Shown here piece by piece: positions 39,301 through 48,276 of a stretch of 64,000 nt of DNA. Each line of letters starts with the position of its first letter. Position 1 is the stretch's first letter. Under the pieces are notes generated by a model. It saw nothing but the letters and a program-made list of their open reading frames with translations. It was not told the origin of the DNA and made no database searches. The stretch lies in NCBI GenBank assembly GCA_963662715.1, contig OY759724.1, positions 2,522,662 to 2,586,661 of the forward strand, given 5' to 3'. Position numbers and translations under genes: made by a program. Origin of the DNA: Candidatus Omnitrophota bacterium. Lineage in GTDB: Bacteria; Omnitrophota; Gorgyraeia; Zapsychrales; JANLHA01.

Positions 39301-39507
39301 TATGAAGTTTATGAGAATGTCCTTTTGACCGTAGCCGGGGGAAAAGGATCTCAGTTGCAAATATACAACCTTGAAACAGGAGAAATGAGGACAATGGATA
39401 TTCTCTTCGGGAGGCAGGACACGCACATTACGGCCATTCAGACTGTGGGACAGGAACTGCTGATCGGTACGGATATGGCGGTCTACAAATTAACGATAAG
39501 TGAGTGA
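36307..39507 (+). CDS. Large secreted multidomain protein: N-terminal CsgG/LpoB-like domain, central TPR-like helical repeats, C-terminal beta-propeller-like region
   Basis: Signal peptide. The N-terminal region LAVLGI…LVERREIDLVIKELQLSMGDFL…AGRMLGADLIGYGFL follows the CsgG/LpoB-family pattern. YY…KA…G helical-repeat stretch between roughly 37300 and 38400. WVGT/GDG-type blades at the C-terminus. Confidence 0.5.
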   Translation: MKMLRRKYVLWLWTFFVLAGVCSSVHGGNKRQQTLAVLGITAEPDIHQSDNLVSLLEAGLSGTDDLTLVERREIDLVIKELQLSMGDFLRSDQKMQAGRMLGADLIGYGFLTRQKTRIRVRFRIVEVETGRVVGSFLLAEKDPETMSHKLLSGMIKSIKTGPVKNLPTFTIASFMNDSNYDRFDDFEKILFDKAFDFVAGTGNFVLLERESTGYLLDEIDMFKSGIVAEDHGARPGRALKADYVLKGSFAEDQSTRQNGQWLMNVTVELWDCRHRRRVWSEIFQSPSDRLEQEFTAFLEKNMSRVPRAISFPFNLQQKAESREYLRKGLTNLYVGSRLQQGGMYDALNIEDYLMKSHFSGVKMDVLDRDDPRAYRRARAGINDLENALFLDPDNTVAKLYLGMALCDLYRGDLNHKSIGVHGRRRRILTMLRGAEMIGNVFPADKKTFSTALFEAVSILDFSRPHSNPEITAEYEDALYRLVRLAFDNLEAFSGEAQRLLKDRYEIILTRGSQQELIHFTRKRLADIHKDKAFARRHPETAFYVFQKIAAMWREEYRMDPACEVAGFFEEQYESENPVYAQLAYFWTAKSYQRMKDYTKARDFYRKAQDIFYARFAQEPLETFESSSWGVLEESFFQEAYMHLENKEYQKAIDVLAPFIEGCFERNRYQVFAYDNALKLLGRAYEEEGLIAQAIEYYQKVLDAEYPKNVYVDKAAISSRINKLKFARGDKTENAGFALYKLADVKNAREIVRQGSQIWILKMSALFPAAAYSSSSTHRGTYEVWQDGPGGWVKADAPLLTDSQKISVLFLHGNNLWVGTYGDGLFRQDLVTKRVDSFTTASGLLSDYIVCLASSAQELFIGLSSNKMNSDRGGVLRYHYGKRIFSPFPGLNSRGVRTSMPMALHYDEKRDALWVGYPRWEKAILHRYSLAKKQWDAFMSKAYGKFIFQILPYHDDLLFGMGDELARYNLPEDGWADIRGGRIDGFKKYNIFETQTSLFYEVYENVLLTVAGGKGSQLQIYNLETGEMRTMDILFGRQDTHITAIQTVGQELLIGTDMAVYKLTISE

Positions 39508-39600
39508 AATCTATCCCCGGATACATTTCGCAACCCGTATGAATAAGACTTCCCGGGCCGGGTTTTTAAAAAACAATCATAATCTTTAGCCCAAAAAGGA

Positions 39601-40182
39601 GTGCTTATGATTAGAAAAACATTTTTATCCGCAGCGGTTTTCATCTTGCTTCTGACTGGCTACGGGACTCAAACCTATGCCGCCTCAGAGGAGCTGTCTG
39701 CGATGCTGCAGGACAATTGGGAGAATTATATGACCATTGAACCCAATTACGATGTTGACAGCGTTGAATACGTGAGCTATTTTCTCGATGATGAACCGAT
39801 GAAGCTGGGTTTTTTTTATTACCGGGCTTTTAAATTCAAAACCCCGCCGTGGGAAGGGAAATTGATCTGGTCGTTCATCAACATAAAGAAGGATTTGGAA
39901 AATGTGGTGGGCTGGCAGATCCTGCCTGCACAGGGAAGCATGACCGGATTCATCGGGATGGATTTCAAAAAACTTAAAAAGGATATCCCTCAGATCGCCC
40001 CGCAAGGCTCTGAAGTGCTTTTGCAGGAGATCCCTCCCGAGCGGCTGCAGCCGGATCAGTATTATATTATATGGTTCAATTGCAGCGATGCCCGTCCTGT
40101 GAAAATGGCTGTATCTTTGAATATTGTTGAGGATGTTCATATGACCTACCATGAACTTTTTTCCGGCCTTGTTGATTTCTAG
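39601..40182 (+). CDS. Hypothetical secreted protein
   Basis: RBS aaaaaggag; signal peptide (…TQTYAAS). The overlapping minus-strand ORF 39685-40311 looks spurious. Confidence 0.5.
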   Translation: MLMIRKTFLSAAVFILLLTGYGTQTYAASEELSAMLQDNWENYMTIEPNYDVDSVEYVSYFLDDEPMKLGFFYYRAFKFKTPPWEGKLIWSFINIKKDLENVVGWQILPAQGSMTGFIGMDFKKLKKDIPQIAPQGSEVLLQEIPPERLQPDQYYIIWFNCSDARPVKMAVSLNIVEDVHMTYHELFSGLVDF

Positions 40183-40234
40183 GAAGTCCGGATGTCGTTT
40201 GCGGGAGGAGTTGTTGAAGGCTTCCGCCATTGGT

Positions 40235-41860
40235 TCATGAAGAAAGGTCTTGGGGAGCGGCCATGTGCAGGACACGCTGGGGGAAGGGGATTTCAATGCC
40301 TGCCTGCTCAAAGGCTTCTTTTAAAATTTTCCTGAACGCATAGGAAACGGAGAGGTGTTTCCCGGGGTTGACCTTAGTCACCATTCTAATGACTATCGCA
40401 GAATCCCCGAATTCTTTTATTCCTCTTATGATGGTTGGTTCAAGGGCATCTTCCTGCTCTTTAAGCAGTCTCCGGCCTGCTTCCGTAATGGTTTTATATA
40501 CATGATTGATGTCTGATGTGTATGAAACGCCCACTTCGACTACGGCGTAAGTGTATCCTTTGGAAAAATTGACAATATCTCCCAGCTGGCCGTTGCGCAG
40601 GATATGCAGTTGTCCGTTGGGGTCGCGCAGGCGTGTTGTGCGGATATCAATGGCCTCGACGAACCCTCTCGCGGTCGCCGTCTCGATATAATCCCCTACC
40701 AGGAAAAGATTCTCAAAAAGAATAAAAAAGCCGGAAACAAGATCGTTCAACACCGGCTGTGCGCCCAGCCCCACCACGATCCCCAGGATCCCGGCCCCGG
40801 CGAGAATGGGAGTGGGATTAAGCTGGAAGATTTTCATCACGAAAACAAGGCCGAGGAAGATAATGATGTACTTAAGAAAACTTTTTAAGAGCGGCACAAA
40901 GGTCATACGTCTTTTCCGTTCAATGTCTGACAGGTCCCTGGGTTGGAACAACTTTTTTTCAATAAAAAAGTAGCAGATTTCAATCAGAAGCCGGCAGAGA
41001 AAGAAGACCCCTATGCTTTGAATGATCTGTGTGCCGAACTTGGCGAACCGGGAAATCACTCCGATCTGCGCGATGACCAGGGTTGCGATAAAAACATAAA
41101 TACTGTAAGCCAGGCAGCGCTGGAACAGGGGCATCAAGGAAGAGAATTCTTTGTAGAAACCGAGGACATTGTCATGTTTGGCGTACTTCCGGCTTAAGGC
41201 ATCCAGGCTGTCGATGATGGCTGTGATCGATTTTACGACAAGCGTTCCGACGGCTACGATAAGGTATATTTTCGTCAGTGTCCATAAGGTCGAGGCGATA
41301 ATCGAGGGAAGGCCCAGCCAAAGGCTGGACAGCCAGAAAACCCCCATCCAAAGGCCCGTGGTCTGTATGCGGTTTAATGATTCAAAGACCCGTTCAATGC
41401 TTTCATCGTTAGCTTTGATTCCCTCAAAAGCTTTGGCCTGGGTCTTGGCCTTCTTGAGCATTTTGCTGAATATCCGTACGCAGAAACGGACGGCAGTCAT
41501 CAGAAGAACAACTTTTATAACCGCTAAAATCAGGTTTTGCCAGAAATTATACGGAATGTGCCTCAAAGCCCGGGACGTCAATTCAAAAAGATTTTCCCCC
41601 TGGTAAATAAGAAATCCGTTGATGGCCACGATGAACCCCGCCAGGACGGTAAAAAAGAAAAACAGGCGCCAGACGATCTGGTGGCGCAGGCGTTTAGCTT
41701 TTTGTTTACCGGCCGCAGATAATGCGGATGTCCCGATTTTTTGAAAGATGAGCCTAAGGCCGGCATTGAGGATGATGAAAATAGTGCCGACAAGCAATAA
41801 TTCTACACCAATGACGGCAAGGTCCCGGTATATGCCATTGGCGGACTGTAAGAAATCCAT
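40235..41860 (-). CDS. Mechanosensitive ion channel, MscS family (multi-TM N-terminal extension)
   Basis: MscS pore helix and beta domain: GAGILGIVVGLGAQPVLNDLVSGFFILFENLFLVGDYIE…GFVEAIDIRTTRLRDPNGQLHILRNGQL. Confidence 0.85.
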   Translation of the reverse strand: MDFLQSANGIYRDLAVIGVELLLVGTIFIILNAGLRLIFQKIGTSALSAAGKQKAKRLRHQIVWRLFFFFTVLAGFIVAINGFLIYQGENLFELTSRALRHIPYNFWQNLILAVIKVVLLMTAVRFCVRIFSKMLKKAKTQAKAFEGIKANDESIERVFESLNRIQTTGLWMGVFWLSSLWLGLPSIIASTLWTLTKIYLIVAVGTLVVKSITAIIDSLDALSRKYAKHDNVLGFYKEFSSLMPLFQRCLAYSIYVFIATLVIAQIGVISRFAKFGTQIIQSIGVFFLCRLLIEICYFFIEKKLFQPRDLSDIERKRRMTFVPLLKSFLKYIIIFLGLVFVMKIFQLNPTPILAGAGILGIVVGLGAQPVLNDLVSGFFILFENLFLVGDYIETATARGFVEAIDIRTTRLRDPNGQLHILRNGQLGDIVNFSKGYTYAVVEVGVSYTSDINHVYKTITEAGRRLLKEQEDALEPTIIRGIKEFGDSAIVIRMVTKVNPGKHLSVSYAFRKILKEAFEQAGIEIPFPQRVLHMAAPQDLSS

Positions 41861-42068
41861 AATTCACTCCTGTTTGGTGGAGAAATTATAACGCAGGGAT
41901 GAGAGGGGGTCAAATGAATAATACTAGAGGGAGTATATAGATCATTTTTTTTGTTCTTTTCAGAAAAACAAAGGCAGAATAACTATTCAAAATTTTCCTT
42001 AAAAATCTTGTCCCCGGTCAAGCTATATGTTTTAATAACTTGTTAACCCCCCAATTAAAGGAAAAATT

Positions 42069-43109
42069 ATGCGAATAAAAATTATCTTAATCACAAGTAT
42101 TTTGCTGTTGAATTCAGCCGTTCATCCCGCCTTTTCCGCGGAACCCCGGGACTCCAATCTGCTGTGGCGGATTTTTGCCGATGCCGGAGAAAAAATCAAA
42201 GCCGCTTTCCAGTCGCTCCCTGAATTAAAAGATTCTTTCATCAGGTCGCTGGGAAGAGACAATCCCAAGACAAAGTTTGAAATCGCCCAGGAAACTTATT
42301 ATATGAAATATGAAGAACCGGACATTATGGAAAATGTCGGTATGATGTACGGTCTAAATATGGCTTTTTCTTACCGGGTAGAAAATCCGGTTTTTTTTAA
42401 ATCCGTTTGGGAAAACATCGGGCAGGGAAAGACGAATACCAAATTTTTGCTGGAAGCGCGCTGGGCCAGAGGAAAAGTGGATTATGATTCCAATTCAACC
42501 GGGTCTGATGACGGAATTACCGATATGGCTACGGAACTTCGTGGCATAGTTTGTTACGAAATCATGTTTTCGGAGAGGACCAGCCTTACGCCTTATGGCG
42601 GTATCGGTTTCCGCTATTTAAGCGATGACAGCCGGGGGCGCTACACGACGACCGGGAATTGGGGCTATCTGCGCGAATCAAAATATTTTTATATTCCCTT
42701 TGGCATGGAATTGAATCACGGCTTCAGCGAACGATGGACTCTCAAGCTTAAAGGGGAATATGACCTGCTGCTGGAAGGAAAGCAGAAAAGCCATTTGGAA
42801 GACGGCGGCCCGTGGCTGCAAGACTCAACCAGCGGGCAATATTATACGGTTGATACTGTGGAAAATGCCCAGGAAGTCGGGGTGGGGATCCGCGGATCCC
42901 TGCGTTTGCAGAGACAGTCAGAACGCTTTGATTTCTTCCTTGAGCCTTATGCACGCTACTGGCACATCAAAGAATCCGATCACGTGCAATTAACGTCTGA
43001 AGGCGGAAGCATTTTATGGTATGTCGGCAGTACCGATACCCCGCTGACGGGATATGAGCCTGATAATAATACTCTTGAATACGGATTGGTTCTGGGGTTG
43101 AATTTTTAA
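42069..43109 (+). CDS. Hypothetical outer-membrane beta-barrel protein
   Basis: Signal peptide (…PAFSAEP), alternating beta pattern, C-terminal …LGLNF. Confidence 0.45.
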   Translation: MRIKIILITSILLLNSAVHPAFSAEPRDSNLLWRIFADAGEKIKAAFQSLPELKDSFIRSLGRDNPKTKFEIAQETYYMKYEEPDIMENVGMMYGLNMAFSYRVENPVFFKSVWENIGQGKTNTKFLLEARWARGKVDYDSNSTGSDDGITDMATELRGIVCYEIMFSERTSLTPYGGIGFRYLSDDSRGRYTTTGNWGYLRESKYFYIPFGMELNHGFSERWTLKLKGEYDLLLEGKQKSHLEDGGPWLQDSTSGQYYTVDTVENAQEVGVGIRGSLRLQRQSERFDFFLEPYARYWHIKESDHVQLTSEGGSILWYVGSTDTPLTGYEPDNNTLEYGLVLGLNF

Positions 43110-43198
43110 AAATATTTTAAAATAGTTGTTTGTTTTTTTGCCCGCTTTCTTAAGGTGCATGATTTAAATATCGGGAGCGGTTCTGATCTGTCCGTTTT

Positions 43199-44134
43199 AT
43201 GAAAAAAATCAAAAGAATCCTGACTTTTTTTCTTGTCGCCGGAATCCTCTGGTCCATTATCCCCATTCTTATTTTATATTTTAAAAAAGACCCTGTGCCT
43301 TTCAGCAACCGGGACATGATAGAGAAAATCAAAGAGAACAGAGGACAACATTTCGGCTTTATTGTGTACGGGGACACGCATTCCGGCGTATTTATATCCG
43401 ACAGCACATATTTGAAGCTGATACGTCATGCCAATTTAGAAGGCCGGTGGGGAAAGTTGCCGATTGATTTTGTGGCGGTTGTGGGAGACGTGACGAACCG
43501 GGGCACGCCGCGGCATTATAAAATATATAACAAGTTGCGCGCTGAAAGCAAATGGCCGGTATTGAGTTTGATGGGGAACCATGATGTTGATCACGAAGAA
43601 GGGGCGGCCCTGTTTGAGCGTTATATCGGGGAAAAAGATTTTTCATTTGTTAACCGGAACTCTTATTTTATCGCCCTTGATAACGGCGCTCATGTTATTT
43701 CCGACGAACAGTTTCAATGGCTGGAAGAAGAGCTGAAAAAGTCGCAGCATTACAAAAATAGATTTGTTATGCTGCACAGATCTCCTATCTCGGCCTCTTT
43801 CCGGCATGATAACCAGCCGGAAGTCAGTCCCTGGGCCTACCGGTTCATGAAATTGTGTGAACATTATCAGGTTGATATTGTGTTTGCCGGGCATGAACAT
43901 TTTTTCAAAGAACACTCTTTCGGCGGGGTCAAGTATGTCGTAACCGGGGGCGCGGGTATGCCGTTGGACGTGCCCCGTTGGGAGGGGGGGTATTTGAATT
44001 ATGTTGTGGTCAGGGTGAATGTTGACTATATCGATTATGAAATCAGAGAAGTTTTCCCGCCTCTTTGGAGGTTTTTTACTATCACAATAAGCCAGGATAT
44101 TTTTTATTTCCTGAGAGACGCGTTTTTTAGATAG
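43199..44134 (+). CDS. Membrane-anchored calcineurin-like metallophosphoesterase
   Basis: N-terminal TM. MPE motifs GDTH, GD…R (VVGDVTNRG), GNHD, and GHEH near the C-terminus. Confidence 0.75.
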   Translation: MKKIKRILTFFLVAGILWSIIPILILYFKKDPVPFSNRDMIEKIKENRGQHFGFIVYGDTHSGVFISDSTYLKLIRHANLEGRWGKLPIDFVAVVGDVTNRGTPRHYKIYNKLRAESKWPVLSLMGNHDVDHEEGAALFERYIGEKDFSFVNRNSYFIALDNGAHVISDEQFQWLEEELKKSQHYKNRFVMLHRSPISASFRHDNQPEVSPWAYRFMKLCEHYQVDIVFAGHEHFFKEHSFGGVKYVVTGGAGMPLDVPRWEGGYLNYVVVRVNVDYIDYEIREVFPPLWRFFTITISQDIFYFLRDAFFR

Positions 44135-44496
44135 AAGAAACATCTCCGCCATCTAATATCTGTGCAGGCTATTCCAGGCGCCCCACTTAATTCTGCCGGA
44201 ATTATCCCGGGACTGTCGTGATCAGGGTGTTGTTCTTAAACATGAACGAGCGCTATGAGCGGATGTATCTTTTTGTCGTTAAAAGGGAGCGGGCCTTTTA
44301 CACCTTTTGCCTTGAGAATATGCCTCTGGAGTATTACAATGTATGCCATATTATTCGCTGATATTTGTCGTGAGTCCGGGGGATGTATTCCCGGGGGGAG
44401 CCGAACTATTGTATTTTTTGAGTCCGCCCCGGCTGCCGAACGCCGGAAATCAGGGGATCAAAGAATTAAAACAAGCCATATTCAACAAAAGAAAGG

Positions 44497-45324
44497 GTGT
44501 TTATGAAAAAGATGTTCCTGGGAATTCTTGTCCTGGTGTTGCTGTGTCCGGTGAGGCTGATGGCACAGGAACCCCGGGTTGCGGTCATTGAGGATGTTTC
44601 TGACGTTACGTCTGAGGTTTCGGAGATTGTTGTGTCCGTGTATTTTTACAAAGACGCGAAAAAGTTTACTTTCCCGGAAGTTCAGTACAGCGATAACCTG
44701 AAATACGTTGTTTTATCATCCGATCTTTTTGACGTGGCTGTCCCTGTGGACAGTATTGTCTCCCTGGAGGCCCGGGAAGGGCTTTTTGAAATGCGGTATT
44801 TGTGGAACGGCCAGGAGATTCTTAGTCAGGGAAAACCGGTGAATCAGGAAACCTTGCAAGCCAAGAGCGATTTCGGGGATTATAAAATCAAGCTGGAAAA
44901 AGTCAAACGATTAAGTTTTAAACAGCCGCCGCTTAGCGCGGAGATGCCCCGGTCTGCCCAAAAGAATTTTGCCCGGCTGACTTTTCTTGACGGCACAGAG
45001 CTTAATATTCAAGGGCTGCATGTCTATGATGAACATTATTCGACCGATGGATACCTTGTCGGCGGCACCACGGTTTATGGCTTTAGAGACACATTCGGAT
45101 TTAAGAGGGGGGAATCTGCCGCCGCTGTGAAATTTGACACGATACAATCCATTGAATTTAAAGGCAGTGATCCGATTCAGGTCGAAGTTACGCTTAAAAA
45201 CGGGAAAAAAGTTTCCGGGACTATCATGGGGGCTGCGGATCTCTCTGGAGTTAGTGATAAAGGTTTTGTGTGTATCAACACGAAGAAGATTAAAAGTATT
45301 CAGTTCTTAAATGAAGAGCAGTAA
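44497..45324 (+). CDS. Hypothetical secreted protein
   Basis: Signal peptide (…RLMAQEP); no recognisable motif. Confidence 0.45.
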   Translation: MFMKKMFLGILVLVLLCPVRLMAQEPRVAVIEDVSDVTSEVSEIVVSVYFYKDAKKFTFPEVQYSDNLKYVVLSSDLFDVAVPVDSIVSLEAREGLFEMRYLWNGQEILSQGKPVNQETLQAKSDFGDYKIKLEKVKRLSFKQPPLSAEMPRSAQKNFARLTFLDGTELNIQGLHVYDEHYSTDGYLVGGTTVYGFRDTFGFKRGESAAAVKFDTIQSIEFKGSDPIQVEVTLKNGKKVSGTIMGAADLSGVSDKGFVCINTKKIKSIQFLNEEQ

Positions 45325-45350
45325 AAGCAACAACGGAAAAAGGAGCCCCT

Positions 45351-47378
45351 ATGACCGGCATCTGTCAAAGATCAAATTTTTCTAAGATAGCAGATCTTTT
45401 CCTTATCAGTTTTATAACATTATTTTTTGAAATATTATTCATTCGCTGGGTTCCGTCCAGTATTCAAATCATTGCTTACTTCACGAATATCGTCCTTATT
45501 TCCGCCTTCCTGGGCCTGGGGATCGGCTGTCTCCTGGCCGAACATAAGTCCAAACTGATGAACCTTTTTCCGTTTTTTATGCTTGGGTATGTGACACTGG
45601 CCTTCTTATTCCATAACGTGGAGCTTAATGCCGCGTTCCTGCAGACCGAGTATTTGTTGGGGTTTTATAAGGGAAGAATCAACTTTTTGCTGGTTGTCAT
45701 TATTGTTTTTATTTTCAATACGCTCCTTTTTGTCCCTCTGGGACAGAAATTAGGCCGGTGCCTGAAAGATTTTAAGCCGCTGGTTGCCTATTCCATCAAT
45801 ATTCTGGGCAGTATTTTGGGTATCGTTGCTTTTTCTTACCTGTCCTACCGGATGCTGGAGCCGGTTTACTGGTTTTTGTTGGGAGGGGGCTTAACGCTGT
45901 GGTTCTACCGGTCTTCGGCAAAAATCCTGGCGGTTCAGTTTGTGTTTTTTACGGTTATTTTACTTGTTGTCCGTCCGCTGGGAGAGGGGGCGTACTGGTC
46001 GCCTTATTATAAAATTGACCTGAACCCTATTGTTTCACAAAAGTACAACAGGGTTATCGGATACCAGGTGGCCGCTAATAATATGTTTCATCAAAACGCC
46101 TTTGATTTATCGGAAGAGTCTGTGCTTAAGTCCCCGGGGCTCAGGCGTTATAAAGACGTTTATGAATTCCCCTACAAGCTTATCCACCCGCAGGATGTCT
46201 TAATCCTCGGGGCCGGTTCCGGGAACGACGCCTCTGCCGCCCTGAGAATGGGCAGTCAAGATATCTATGCGGTTGAGATCGACCCTTTTATCGGCAGTTT
46301 AGGCAAATCCCTGCATGAGGAGAAACCTTATTTGTCCAAGCGTGTTCACCTGGTGGTGGATGACGCACGGTCATTTATAAAAAGAACCGACAAACAGTTT
46401 GATCTGATCACTTTCGGCTACCTGGATTCCCACAAGGTTTTATCGCAATTTTCCAGCGTACGGCTGGACAATTTCATCTACACGAAAGAGAGCTTCCGTG
46501 ATATCAAGTCCCGGCTTAAACCGGACGGGGTCTTATCGCTTACGTATTATGTGTTTAAAGAATGGGTCGCCTCCAAGCTGTATGTGGCTTTGAAAGAGGT
46601 TTTTAACGACGACCTTAAAGTTGTCCGGACGACGACCTATGTCAAAGATGACACAGCCATATTCCTGGCCGGCCCGGGGGTGAGGAAGATCGGAAAAATT
46701 GACGCCCCTCATTTCAGAACTTATACGGGATTCGATGAAAAGGCCCGGCCTATCAGGGATGATTGGCCTTATTTATACTTGATGAAACGGGGTGTCCCGC
46801 AGCATTATCTTATCATCATTTTTGCCGTACTTGTTCTGTCTGTCCTGGGTGTGTTCTGCTTTAAAAAGCTGTCTATCAGGGATTTCAACCCGCATTTCTT
46901 TTTCCTCGGTTCAGGATTTATGCTGCTTGAGACGACCAGTATTACCAGGTTCGCGCTTTTGTTCGGCTCAACCTGGATCGTTAACTCCGCGGTTATTATA
47001 TCCATATTAACGATGATTTTACTGGCGACGTTATATGTTGAGAAATCAAAAAGCATAAATATAAGATTTATCTATATATTGCTTGGAGCGGCACTCTTCC
47101 TTAACTGGCTGCTGAACCCGGAGTTTTTCTTGTCCTTTGACCGGACCCTGGGAATCGCGGTATCGTCCTTTTTGTTGTCTCTGCCGATCCTGTTTGCCGG
47201 GATTATATTTGCCATCTCTTTCCGGGAGTCTAAAAACGTTTCCAGTGATTTCGCCTACAACTTATTGGGATCCATTGTCGGAGGCTGCTGCGAATATTTT
47301 TCGATGTTGACGGGCTTTAGATTTTTGTTCATCTTGGCGATGGTGATGTATTATCTATCTTCCAGGGACCGTATTTGA
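45351..47378 (+). CDS. Spermidine-synthase-like (aminopropyltransferase fold) polytopic membrane protein
   Basis: About 7 N-terminal TM helices. Central class-I MTase/SpeE-like domain (VLILGAGSGNDASAALRM…VEIDP…VHLVVDDARSF…FDLITFGYLDSH). About 4 further C-terminal TM helices. Confidence 0.7.
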   Translation: MTGICQRSNFSKIADLFLISFITLFFEILFIRWVPSSIQIIAYFTNIVLISAFLGLGIGCLLAEHKSKLMNLFPFFMLGYVTLAFLFHNVELNAAFLQTEYLLGFYKGRINFLLVVIIVFIFNTLLFVPLGQKLGRCLKDFKPLVAYSINILGSILGIVAFSYLSYRMLEPVYWFLLGGGLTLWFYRSSAKILAVQFVFFTVILLVVRPLGEGAYWSPYYKIDLNPIVSQKYNRVIGYQVAANNMFHQNAFDLSEESVLKSPGLRRYKDVYEFPYKLIHPQDVLILGAGSGNDASAALRMGSQDIYAVEIDPFIGSLGKSLHEEKPYLSKRVHLVVDDARSFIKRTDKQFDLITFGYLDSHKVLSQFSSVRLDNFIYTKESFRDIKSRLKPDGVLSLTYYVFKEWVASKLYVALKEVFNDDLKVVRTTTYVKDDTAIFLAGPGVRKIGKIDAPHFRTYTGFDEKARPIRDDWPYLYLMKRGVPQHYLIIIFAVLVLSVLGVFCFKKLSIRDFNPHFFFLGSGFMLLETTSITRFALLFGSTWIVNSAVIISILTMILLATLYVEKSKSINIRFIYILLGAALFLNWLLNPEFFLSFDRTLGIAVSSFLLSLPILFAGIIFAISFRESKNVSSDFAYNLLGSIVGGCCEYFSMLTGFRFLFILAMVMYYLSSRDRI

Positions 47379-47548
47379 CCCGGGGGGAGAAAAGCCTGTC
47401 TGCTCTTTGACTTTCGGCTGCTGTTTGAGCCGCAATCTGTCTTTTAATGAATTTACATCGGTATCTGTATTCGTTATAATAAAATAAAGTGATAGATGAA
47501 ATCATGATGAATAACGGGAAAAAGCGCACTGTTGTTGCGTCTTAGAGC

Positions 47549-48091
47549 GTGTCTTGTGAGTCTTATGCGGAGATAGCGGTTATGACGTCCTTCTTGAAAA
47601 TCTTTCTGGTTTCCCTTCTATGTGTCTTCGGTACCGGGTGTTCCAAGCTCAAAGATCATTCTGTCTGCGAGTATCTGGAAAAACAGGCTGTTGTTGAAGC
47701 ACAGTTGATTTATCTTGTTAAGGAAATGACGGGAAAAAGAGGGGGGTGGACGACTCCAGAAGGCATACAGGAAAATATGCATTGGTTTTTTAACAGATAT
47801 TATGCCCTGATAGAGATACGTAAGAATTACATGAACGAAACGGAAGAATTGATGAATGAACGCGTGCAGGATGTGCATGATTATCTGCTGAAATTGCTGG
47901 ATCTTACGATTGAAACGGTAGAATACTTTAATGATCAGTCAACAGTCTGGGTTGTGACCCCGCCTTCCCGCGAAGAGCTCAATGAAAACAAGAAAAAGAT
48001 GGACGGTTTTGAACTGACCTTTATGAATTATCATAAGGAAATGAAACAGGCCATCGAGAATTTACACTTCTATTCTGTCCTGTGCGATTAA
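47549..48091 (+). CDS. Hypothetical lipoprotein
   Basis: Probable start at the internal Met (MTSFLKIFLVSLLCVFGTGCS) with a lipobox. Confidence 0.4.
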   Translation: MSCESYAEIAVMTSFLKIFLVSLLCVFGTGCSKLKDHSVCEYLEKQAVVEAQLIYLVKEMTGKRGGWTTPEGIQENMHWFFNRYYALIEIRKNYMNETEELMNERVQDVHDYLLKLLDLTIETVEYFNDQSTVWVVTPPSREELNENKKKMDGFELTFMNYHKEMKQAIENLHFYSVLCD

Positions 48092-48276
48092 GCTCGCCGG
48101 CTATTTTAAAAATCCAATAGAAAATAGGAACAGATAAAGTCAATAAGGAGTTTGTGTTCGCCCCGGGAAAAAACACGGCGCCGGTCCGGCGGCCATGCTC
48201 CTGATGCGTTTAAGGCAAATATGGCACGGTTAAACCTAGAACGATATAATGCCGTAATCATAGTGATAATAAAATC

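Noticed and set aside
39685-40311. 208-aa minus-strand ORF overlapping the 193-aa plus-strand secreted protein
   Set aside because: The plus-strand gene has an RBS and signal peptide. The minus-strand frame lacks start-site signals and has antisense-like composition.
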